A stretch of 63,974 bases of DNA, the filler included, from Neolecta irregularis DAH-3 (taxonomy: Eukaryota), in NCBI GenBank assembly GCA_001929475.1. It is 10 parts of 10 records of this genome, joined end to end, with 100 filler letters (N's around TTAATTAATTAA, not from the genome) between each part and the next. Parts side by side here need not be neighbours in the genome. Positions count along the whole stretch, not along the records: positions 27,543 to 45,670 come from LXFE01000487.1; positions 45,771 to 50,530 come from LXFE01000493.1; positions 50,631 to 56,515 come from LXFE01003904.1; 7 more parts are not named here. One strand, written 5' to 3'. Of the stretch, positions 41,351 to 53,256 are shown piece after piece. How positions within the stretch are numbered: the stretch's first letter is position 1; each line of letters opens with the position of its first letter. The notes beneath the pieces are model-generated. The model had not been told where the DNA came from. It ran no database searches and saw nothing but the letters and a program-made list of their open reading frames with translations. The position numbers were made by a program, and so were the translations under genes.

Positions 41351-42525
41351 TCGTTTTTCAGTGAAAAACTATGAAAGAGTCGTTTTTCAGTGAAAACATA
41401 TGAAAGAGCTCAAAGTTCCTCATATTCCATGTCAGCCATTCCATACTTTCTTTCCAACTTCAATCACGCATTGGAAGCGTATCAGTTCAGAGTTTAGTTA
41501 CAGAATAATCGTCAACATTCCGGCAATCCGATGGATATCAAGCGCCACAACTTTGCTATCTTATGGGCTAGAATGATAAGACGAAAAAAATAGGGTTATG
41601 AGTAAATAATGAATGTCTGTTCTACAATCTAAAGATAGCACAGATAATTTGCGGTAGGTCAAAGTGGGGGACTCAAGGATCCCCCACAGCCACCATCGGC
41701 GATCGCGGGCAACCAGCCAGGTTGGATGCACGGGCGTCTGGAGTCAAGAAACATTGGAGACGGATAGGGCCATTTGTGGGCTGTGGAGCCAATTCTACTG
41801 AAGATGAAACCAATTGAGACAGAATGAGGGCCTGTAAGATTGTTATATAAATACCGCCTGGTCTGATTAGCAAGAAGGCGTAGGATAATATTACGTCCGT
41901 TAAAGGCCGGGTATATTAATAGCAGAGTATATAGTTAAACCCAGTAGTACTATGTTAATCTGTTAAACCAGACATAAGACAATAGCAGACATTAGCCCCA
42001 TCAACAAAATTTCCCCTCCATGAATACACTTAGGGTTTGTGCGATATGTTAAAGTCAGTTCGGATCATTCTGGTTATTGGCACAAACCTTAATTCCATAT
42101 TTACTTAACATCACTCTAACCAGGGGATAGCCAGCGGTTTTAAACGAATGTTCCAAGAGTTCTTATGCAAGCCAATTTACTTAAGACTAGAGCGTATAAA
42201 TAAAAATGCTAAGAGTGGTATCGGTGAATAGATATTGATACTAATAACCTGGGTTTATAGATTGAGTTTTAATGAGGAGATTTTTTGCTTTTGGACAATA
42301 CAATTTTGAAAAAATGAGCATGGGATGTGGTTTTAATAGATATTTGTACTCTACTGTTAGTCTGCATGCCTCCAAAGGGTTAGATGCTGTGAAAAGGAAA
42401 ATATTCGCCGTATTGAGTTGGGAAATGTGGGTAGGAGGGGACATTTGATTTGATTATACTGCACACAGGACAATTGGGATGAGATAAACTGAGCGGGGAG
42501 GCATGGTGGAAAGTTGGGGAGAGTA

Positions 42526-42560
42526 CCCTAACCCTAACCCTAACCCTAACCCTAAACCCT
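42526..42560 (+). repeat. Interstitial telomere-type repeat (CCCTAA)x5
   Basis: ccctaaccctaaccctaaccctaaccctaaaccct read directly from the sequence. Confidence 0.9.
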
Positions 42561-43858
42561 CCCTCCTCCGGGTTACCCTTTCGGTTACCGGGGAAAACTA
42601 GAGGTCTCCGGCGGGCGGGCGGGTGTCAACCAATCTCCGGGGGTGGCGGGTAGTTCTTTTGGTCAATTTATATAGGTGCAATACCAAATTCACCAAATAT
42701 CCAAAATTGCTAATATAAAATGATTTTTCTAACAGGCCATTTCTTTAGTGCTGCACATACTCACAAAATTCACATCCTGACTAGTATCACGTGATCCATA
42801 ACAAATCATGCGAGCATTACTTAGAGCAAATGGCAATCAATTCAGAGTTGAACGACCAACCAACGTATTGAAACGAAAAAAGCACTATCGGGATCAGAAT
42901 TTAAAGGCGAAACTAATGGTCTGCCAGCATCTTCAATACAAGAAAGTCAAAGGGGGACCTTTGAGGAAGCATCGCATGGAAGCGCGGTATCCAAAACAAA
43001 TCACAGGAAAACGCAATTACCACAAGCAGATGCGCCTCGACGAGGGCTTTCCAACGGTACAAAATTCATTGAGATTGGAGCGCTGGAAGATGCAGAAATT
43101 GCAGAAGAACATTTTGGATTCCAGTTGCAAAGGGAACCACCAATGTAACGGTATAGCCTGGTATTACCTGGATATACCCATGCCAATACAGTAGGTGGCA
43201 GATAAAGAAACATAAGACATTAGATAGAAATCTATATAAAGGCTATGCTCACATATCTTAGTCTAAGCTCACACGCCTACAAGCTTAGATTAAGGAAATA
43301 TAACCTAATGTTATTGTACTTAAGCTCCAACTCTTACATTTTTTTTACAATAAAAACAAGTATAATAACTAGCCTAAGTATTCGTACTTCTTACAAAGGG
43401 ACATACGTATCATAAGTATTCCTATTTGGCTAGGAATATCTTACTTCCGCCTTTATATACTTCCCGTCAAGCCACCTTGCCGTATTGGTAATATATACAC
43501 AAAGAGTATATCCTTACAGCTCCCCGGTGGGATGCACTTGAGAAGAGAGAAAATGGGTTGTTTTACAAGTGGCCAACTGCAGGCGGTGGTGAGATTGGTG
43601 GATTGTACAAAACTCGCAATTTTAGAACACTTGCAAGGGAACGATGCTTAGACAGGATAGAAAGCAAAAGAACATACACCTATGCTCTATCATCCTCGCC
43701 GTCTCATGAGCTAGAGATAAGACAATAGAGGAGACTGAAACCGAATAGTTACTGTGCCTATTTTTTACAACCGAAAGAGACACGTCAGTATGTCAAAGTA
43801 CTCAGCTTTTAATCACGGCTGTTGGATGCCAAAAAGAGGCTCATAATTCAGCTCACCG

Positions 43859-45393
43859 CTAGTCAAAATCTTTCAAGTCCACAGGCCTGCCAGGCTTTTC
43901 AATGGTTGTCCAGTTGGACCTCTTTGCCATGCACTTTGCAATTGATGCAAACAGTTTGGCACTTTGAGTCTCATCACTAAAGTCAGAAGGCTCCTTTCTA
44001 TGGCCAATTTGCGCAATCTGGACCCCAGACGCTATCAGGGTCATATTTGTAATGCCATCGAAGGTCGGCTTAATTGCGGAGATAACCTTTCCAGATAGGA
44101 TATCCTTCACGAGTTCTGGTTCCGCGCTGAGCGGTCGAGCAAGACCAATCCCATCTGTGGCTCCCGATTTGACTGCATTTACCATCCCTCTGTTATCTTA
44201 GTCAGGATTCTGCGAAAGTGCAAAAATACGTAGCAGTCCTAAATCCACCCGTGACATATATTTTTGTCTTCTTCAAATTAGGTCTGATAAGGTCTGCAAA
44301 TTCGAGGAAGTATGCCTCGCGTTGCTTGGTGCTCTCTTTCTTATGTTCGAAAGCCAGGTTTTCGTAATTCCCGCCGCTCAAATCTATAAAATCGACCTTT
44401 GCTTTTTCAAGTTCTATGCAGAGTTTTGCAGCTTCCTCAACGCAAAATCCGCCTTGTTGGAATTCAACACTGTTTAACTTCACAGATATTGAGAAAGTAG
44501 GGGGACACCGAGACTGAATCGCATCAATGATTTCAAAAATGATACGTGATCGATTCGCAAGTGGACCTCCGTATTTATCATTACGGTTGTTTGTTATTGG
44601 AGAAAGAAATTGGGCCAAGAGGTACCCATGAGCTGCATGAAGTTGAACGCCATCAAAGCCAGCCTGGTACAAAAGTTCCGAGGTGATCGCGAACTGCTCA
44701 ACGATCTCTCGTATTTCAACTATAAAGTCAGAACATCGCTGAGACATTCTATATTTTGACTTTCACTAAGGGGTCTTGGCTTCGCATACAGAGTACGATT
44801 GTTCATTTGAACATCTCCAGCGCTTACAGGATTCGGATTCAATAAGGTCTGAATCTGTCTGCCTGGATGTGAAATCTGGGCAATGAATACTGATTCGTGT
44901 GACTTTGCAACTTTCACTGTCTTTGCGAACATTTCGAGTCGATTATCCTCATTATCGTGAAGTAAAGCAGATCCCGCTGATGCTAACTGATCTGGATATA
45001 ACATGATATTACCACTCGTTATATTATTCTTCTTGATCTTGGGGGAATCATACCTTACTATTAAGCCAATTCCGCCTTTACTCCACTAAAAATTGAGAAT
45101 GATCAAGTACTTGGTTGCGCACACGTTCATATAATTGAACATATTCTGCATTTGGAACTCCTCGTTTTTTCTCATCTATGGATGAAGGATACCAAGTAGC
45201 GAGCTCTTCCTTCAAGATAAACGGAATATTTTCCATATTTCAAATATACATTCATCGGGGCTTTGCAAAAGCGATTGAAGCAAGTTAAGCCAGAAAAAGG
45301 GAAAGTAATAAGCTTTCCAAGAATGGTGGTATCGATTGGTTCGGCATCATATCGCACTGGTAGTCTTTTCCTTTCAGGGTTATGCTCAGACAT
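43859..45393 (-). CDS. NADH:flavin oxidoreductase / Old Yellow Enzyme family
   Basis: NRFCKAPM, QISHPGRQ, AGFDGVQLHAAHGYLLAQFLSP.TNNRNDKYGG, TGGFRTA, GLARP. Confidence 0.93.
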
Positions 45394-45770
45394 CGTGAAT
45401 CCCTGGGTTTACAGAATGGGAAGCCAAATCCTGTAAACTGCTGATCGTGAAAGTAATTCTTGGCATTGAGTTTGAATTTATTTCGCTGTGACGCTAATCA
45501 AACCCGAATTTAGCCCCCCCTCCCTGTAAGAGCATGAATGATTTAATTCAAATATTTGTGGATTGTTTCTTCCTTGTTGGATGTAAGTATTGAAGCCCAG
45601 ATATGAATAAGACTAGGTTGTATTGTTTCTAGCCTAAGTATTGGCGACTTGGCTAGGTATGAACCGCCTANNNNNNNNNNNNNNNNNNNNNNNNNNNNNN
45701 NNNNNNNNNNNNNNTTAATTAATTAANNNNNNNNNNNNNNNNNNNNNNNNNNNNNNNNNNNNNNNNNNNN

Positions 45771-46300
45771 ATTGCCAATTCATTACTGAATACTGCTTAT
45801 GGTTGCTGAAGGAACACCAAGCGGAAATCCGGGGATAACTCTGCCGAGCCTCCAAAGAAGCATCGAAAAGCAGACCATGTCGAACCTGATGATAATGATT
45901 CTACCATGGGTGGTAATGATGACACTTTTAATTATGAAGCAAGTCACTCTGGCCAACAAAGTATTACAACTAAGTATCAAACGCTGAACATCTAGCTGGT
46001 GACGATAACGATTCTACCATGGGTGGTAATGGCGACTCTTTTTATTATGAAGGAAGTCACTCTGACCAACAAAGCATTACATCTGCGAATCAACTAGGTG
46101 TGTTAAACGCTGAACTTTTATCTGTGCACACTGTCTATGAGTCAGATGCCGAGGATGACTATTCAACAGAAAGTCAAGATGATCAACAAAGCATTACAAA
46201 TGCGAATCGACTAGGTGTATTAAACGATGAACCTGTATCTATGTACACTGTCTATGAGTCAGATGCCGAGGATGACTCTTCAACAGATATCTACGAATGA
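45771..46300 (+). pseudogene. 3' end of the orphan secreted-protein family: basic motif plus acidic repeat tail, frameshifted
   Basis: First 66 nt are identical to 50465-50530. Then PPKKHRK, GGNDD/GGNGD x2 and VYESDAEDD x2. Confidence 0.55.
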
Positions 46301-46614
46301 GGAAGGAAGAGAATACATACAAACCTCTTAGACCTCAGTGCCCGTTTTTGTTTCTGCAGATATGAAGGCAAGTTTATTTTAATATGTGTTTTGTAGTGTC
46401 AACATGATATTGTTTAATTGTAAAATGAATGTCCATACAGATATTCTGCCCTTGATATGAATTATAACCGAATAATATCGGTGCCAGACCACGATTGAGA
46501 CTCCGCCATGCCGCACTTGTGAGACTGCCCAATGCAAGTCGCATTTGAACATGCCCAGACTAGGAGACTGCCCACTGCGAGACGCACCTGAAATGACATC
46601 CGACTGGGAGACTG

Positions 46615-47931
46615 TGCAGTTTGAACATGCCGCGCTGCAGCAGTTCACCGCGTATGCGTACTCGCTCTCCATCTAACTCTAACCGCAGCGCCTACAAACG
46701 CGGCGACATCCTCGTCAATCTCGACGGCGGCCAGTCCATTGCAAAGGTCTTTCTTCAAACCAGCCCATTGAACAGATTCCACCGCTTCGACCCGCTGCTC
46801 TGCCTGACATGCGCCGCCTCTTGCCGGTGTCACTAACCGCCGCAACTCGCTCGACCTGCTGTCGCTGCAGCCCATGCTCGATTTCGTCGACCGAGCCGTC
46901 AAGGAAACCGCAAGACAGGTCGCCATCATCCCTGGCTCAACGCCCTCGCGCTCCTCTTTGACCGCTTCCTCAAATCCGTCGTCCAGCCCTATCTCGCAAC
47001 ACTGCTTACCCATGCCGCCCGCCTCGACTGCCCCGCCTACCTCCACATCGTCGTCGCCTGCTTCCAGCAGTCCTTGCACATCCACACCGTGTGCGTAGAC
47101 GCCCCTGCCGCCAGCAGGACCTTTAAAAAACACGCAAAATCCTGCACCGCCGCCTTGATCGCCCCCTTTCTCGATCACTACCTCGAAAAGGAACTCGAGT
47201 ACTTTTGTTCCGGACCAGGTGGATTCTTTGGAGAAAAAGGTGCCGACGTGCATCCTCACTACTCACTCCAGATCCAGCTCGAAGCCGCAGCTACGAAATC
47301 GCTCTTGCTGAACAACGCCAAACACGACGTCGTCAAACGAAACTTTCTCGCCTCGTTTAAAAATGCAATCCTCGCCCCGGTGTCCGTCCTCGCCATCCCC
47401 TCTAAAAGAGTCGCTTCACCTCCACCCGAGCTGGCTGCCCAAACAGAAATCCTGAAACCCCGTCTCGAAGGCATTACATCGCTCTTCAGCCTTGAAATCG
47501 CTTTGACAATAGTAAACTCTCGAAGAGAAGCTCTGGACCGCGCAAACCATTTCATAGCCCTCGACGGTCCCCTTGCACCCCACACGTCCGCACACTCCTT
47601 GTCCTTGATCCTAATTTCAATGTGAAGAAATATTTAGCTTATTGGATATGTTCGGAAATAGCCATATCAAGGTAGGGTTTGACAAAGCTATTCTACACAT
47701 GTTGATATACTCTTCCAAAGATTCATCCCACACCCCCCGTCCGCTTCCTCGAACTAGTCCACATTGGCGATTTAATCCAACAAATAATTGACCTCTTTTA
47801 CCAACAAGAAATGGTTAATCATCTTTTGTCCAAACTAATTTTAGAAACATTTAATTGACTGCAACGATTTCTTGAATCCGGCCGTTAAAGAAAAGAAGAA
47901 TTTTGAACAATTGATAGATGAACGCGTCGCA
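46615..47931 (+). pseudogene. RCY1: Internal fragment of recyclin Rcy1/Pof6 (Sec10-like region), decayed
   Basis: FEHAALQQF..NLDGGQS, KRNFLASFK, RLEGITSLFSLEIAL, HIKVGFDKAI, FLELVHIGDLIQQ, FLNPAVKEKKNFEQLIDERVA. Frameshifts and deletions; no start, stop or F-box. Confidence 0.8.
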
Positions 47932-47944
47932 ATAATTACAAGAG

Positions 47945-48320
47945 TACAGTATTATCCATACTCCCCGTTGCAATAATATTTCCATCGGGAGACCAAGACG
48001 CGCACAGAACCCAGTTGGTGTGCCCTGTTGATGGATAAAGGGATACAGGCAAGGCACCTTTTAAAGTATACTGCGGTGTCTGCGTTAGACAGTCCCATAT
48101 CCGAGCTGTACCGTCCCTACTGCCAGTAACTAGTCTCTCAGAGCCATTCGGACCAAATTGCGCCGTCAAAATTTCAGAAGAGTGCCCGCTTATCGACGAG
48201 GTACATCTCGTCACAGAACGAAAGCGAAATACCGCTTGAGGAGTATACACCAGTTTCAGTATTCTATGTTTTAATATGTCGGTGTATATGTTTTCCAGCA
48301 CATCGACCGCCGGCTCATCA
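47945..48320 (-). pseudogene. RSA4: Fragment of ribosome-assembly WD40 protein Rsa4/Notchless
   Basis: YTPQAVFR..VTRCTSSISGH...ARIWD..TQTP..TLKGHTNWVLCASWSPDG..IATGSMDNT. Only the first ~2 WD repeats, one intron retained. Confidence 0.85.
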
Positions 48321-48407
48321 TTCGACCCAGCAATGCGAATTCGAAACCCCCACGCCCGTCCATAGCAGCTTGAAAGGTATTCCGCACACTACACGTAATA
48401 ATACAAG

Positions 48408-48860
48408 ATGGCGCCGCATCTGCAGAAATGGACGCTCAAGCAGCAGGAACTGGTGTCGGGAAAACCCGGCGCGGCAGGAACCGGAGACGAGTATGCCGAC
48501 AGCGAGCGCGGCGCGTGTCTGCTGTGCCAGCGGCAGTTTCGCAGTGTCGAGACCCTGCACCGCCACACGCAGCACAGCGAGCTGCACCGCCACAACCTGC
48601 AGAATGCAGACACTCGTAAGGCAGCGGCGCGCCGCATAGCGTCGTACCGCGACCGGGCGCGAGATCGGCGCAAGGCCTACCGGCAGCCGGGGCGGCCGGC
48701 AAAAGATCCGCCGCGGGAGAAAGATCCGCCGCGGGAGAAAGATCCGCCGCGGGAGAAAGATCCGCCGCGGGAGAAAGACCCGCGGGAGGAAGAGGCGCCC
48801 GGCGACAAAGACACAGACATCGACAAAAGGGCGCAGCTACTGGGCAAGATGGGCTGGGCA
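48408..48860 (+). pseudogene. C-terminal fragment of an RBM5/RBM10-like splicing factor (C2H2 finger plus truncated G-patch)
   Basis: CLLCQRQF...HTQHSELHRHNL, YRDRARDRR, LLGKMGW, then an abrupt end with no GLG half of the G-patch. Confidence 0.75.
48702..48788 (+). repeat. 18-bp coding tandem repeat AAAGATCCGCCGCGGGAG (KDPPRE) x4 plus a partial copy
   Basis: Perfect copies seen directly. Confidence 0.95.
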
Positions 48861-49058
48861 GCGCATCGCAGGGCCGCGTGGAGCCGGTACGTGATAAATC
48901 AGATGGTTAAGGGTGGCTGAGGGGATGTATTCTGCCTTCTCAAATTCGAGACTTGTCCTAAAGTGCCATTTTTTGATTCACATCGACACTTTAACCACTA
49001 TAAATGGACGAGATGCAGCTGATCTAGAAAGACAGAGTACCCGATCAACAAAATTAAC

Positions 49059-49714
49059 ATGTTGTTTCTCAGGTATTTTCTTTTCCTTGGTGGATGCTAC
49101 TTATGTTTGCAGGACTATATGCTTTGGCATTCTTGCTATCATGCATGCTACTGCCACACTACAAGGTATTTTTGTGGAAAATATACAGGTTGCCACACAG
49201 GATCCCAATCAACCAGTATTTGACCCAGTATCCGAGTTGAAAAAACTATGGTATCATCCACCTGCAGAAGGCATTTGTCGGTGTCATAAAGATCAGTACG
49301 ATCGCATGAAACGGGAATATGGGGATCCCTATTTTCCTATTGTGGCAGTCATATTAGACGGATGCGAACCTTTCAGTAAATCTGTGGGTAAACGTTCGTA
49401 TGGAATTATAAGTCATAGTCGAACCCTTTTCAGAGAGTCATCGAATAATTTGGTAATGCTTTGTGACTGCGGCCATATTGATCTGGCAGTTTTCTCTCTC
49501 AGCCACAAACAATCTGTTTCAAAAGAAAGCGAAGGATACTATTTTAGCAGTTCTAGAAATAATCAGCAATGATCCAGGAGGATTTATATACAAGGATAAT
49601 CCAAAATATTGGGTATATGAGAGGCTTGCACCTATTCTTTTTCCATACAATGACAACAAGGACCTGAGGTATTGCCAATTCATTACTGAATACTGCTTAT
49701 GGTTGCTGAAGTAG
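49059..49714 (+). CDS. Orphan predicted secreted protein (copy 1)
   Basis: ATG 49059, intron 49073-49112, giving MLFLRTICFGILAIMHATATLQG (signal-peptide-like). A second ~37-nt GTAATG..CAG intron joins it to the FSLSATNN...YCLWLLK exon. Confidence 0.6.
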
Positions 49715-49735
49715 CACCAACCGGAAATCCGGGAC

Positions 49736-50530
49736 ACAGGTTGCCACACAGTATCCCATTGGTCAACCAGTATTCGACCCAGTATCCGAGTTGAAAAAAC
49801 TATGGTATCATCCACCTGCAGAAGGCATTCGTCGGTGTGATAAAAATCAATACGACCGCATGATACGGGAATATGGTGGAGATCTCTATTTTTCTATTGT
49901 GTCAGTCATATTAGACGGATGCGAACCTGTCAGTAAATCTGTGGGTAAACGTTCGTATGGAAGTATAAGTCATAGTCGAAACCTTTTCAGAGAGTCATCG
50001 AATCGTTTGGTAATGCTTTGTGACTGTGGCCATATTGATCTGGCAGTTTTCTCTCTCAGCCACAAACAATCTGTTTCAAAAGATCAGTATGACCACATGA
50101 AACGGGAATATGGTGGAGATCTCTATTTTTCTATTGTGTCAGTCATATTGGACGGATGCGAACCTGTCAGTAAAACTGTGGGTAAACGTTCGTATAACAG
50201 TATATGCAACAGTCGAACTGTTTTCAGAAAGTCGTCGAATAGTTTGGTAATGCTTTGTAACTGTGGCCATATTGATCTGGCAGTTTTCTCTTTCAGCTAC
50301 AAACAATCAGTTTCAAAAGAAAGCGAAGGATACTATTTTAGCAGTTCTAAAAATAATCAGCAATGATCCAGGAGAATTGATATACAAGGATAATCCAAAA
50401 ATTTGGGTATCTGAGAGGCTTGTCCCTATTCTTTTTCCATACAATGGCAAGAAGAAACCGAGGTATTGCCAATTCATTACTGAATACTGCTTATGGTTGC
50501 TGAAGGAACACCAAGCGGAAATCCGGGGAT
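49736..50530 (+). pseudogene. Tandem partial copies of the same orphan gene (no signal peptide, internal duplication)
   Basis: LKKLWYHPPAEG x2 and ILDGCEP x3 across 49200-50530 at high nucleotide identity. Confidence 0.75.
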
Positions 50531-50630
50531 NNNNNNNNNNNNNNNNNNNNNNNNNNNNNNNNNNNNNNNNNNNNTTAATTAATTAANNNNNNNNNNNNNN
50601 NNNNNNNNNNNNNNNNNNNNNNNNNNNNNN

Positions 50631-50784
50631 AGGAGAGGAGAGTTGAGTACCGATAGCAAGTACTGGATAGGGGAGAGTACTGATACTGAGTAGTGGAGTA
50701 GATACTGAGAGTGAGGGTGAGGGTGAGTAAAGTACTGAGTATACTACTGTAGAGTAGTGGTGAGTGTGAGTGTAGAGTACTGCT
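50631..50784. repeat. Copy of the GAGTAG/TACTG-rich repeat at 56089-56250
   Basis: Near-identical sequence at both ends of the contig. Confidence 0.85.
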
Positions 50785-50794
50785 NNNNNNNNNN

Positions 50795-52575
<1,781 letters not shown>

Positions 52576-52661
52576 TTTAGTTGGAATGTATTAGGTTAAG
52601 CAATTCAATTAATTGGGTTTCAAAGTACTTCATCAACCACCAACTGATCAAGACCTTTCAA

Positions 52662-53228
52662 ATGCTACGATCTGCATTCCGTTGCCGTGCACTGGTGACT
52701 CGTTCATACATAAATCCTCTCATCTCTGCAATTCCCAAAACTGCGGTATCGGCCCGACCTTGTATGGCAATGACGTAATTTTGATTGATTCGTTTCTAGT
52801 TTTACAATCGCGATGTTATTCTGAACATGCCGACGAGACATTTGAGTCATTTACCGAGCGGTGAGATCAAAAATAGGTTGCATGACTTACTATACAAAGA
52901 TACGTGAAATTCTTTGAAGGTGTAGACGACCTTTTCGAACTTCAAAGAGGCCTAAATAATTGCTTCGCTTACGATCTTGTTCCCGCTCCAGCAGTCATTG
53001 AATCCGCTCTCCGGGCAGCTCGAAGAGTTAATGATTTTCCAATGGGAATCCGGATCTTTGAAGGTATAAAACAAAAAGTGGAGAATAAACAGCAATACCA
53101 GCAATACTTGGACGAACTACGACCGATTCGTGAAGAATTAGGCAAGTTTGACAAAAGAAATACGAGTTAACTTTTTAGGTATTCCGTTGAAGGAAGAATT
53201 GTTCCCAGAGACACAAAAACAGAAATAG
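52662..53228 (+). CDS. COX6: Cytochrome c oxidase subunit 6 (Va)
   Basis: ETFESFTER, FELQRGLNNCFAYDLVPAP..ALRAARRVNDF, REELGIPLKEELFP (across GC intron 53142-53178). Confidence 0.95.
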
Positions 53229-53256
53229 ATGATAAATATCAAGCTAATATCTTTAT

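Noticed and set aside
41349-41409. 30-bp tandem duplication after the DUF1295 stop
   Set aside because: Simple local slippage with no evident function.
42526-42560. Telomerase RNA template
   Set aside because: A template is about 1.5 repeats, not five, and no other TER elements were recognisable.
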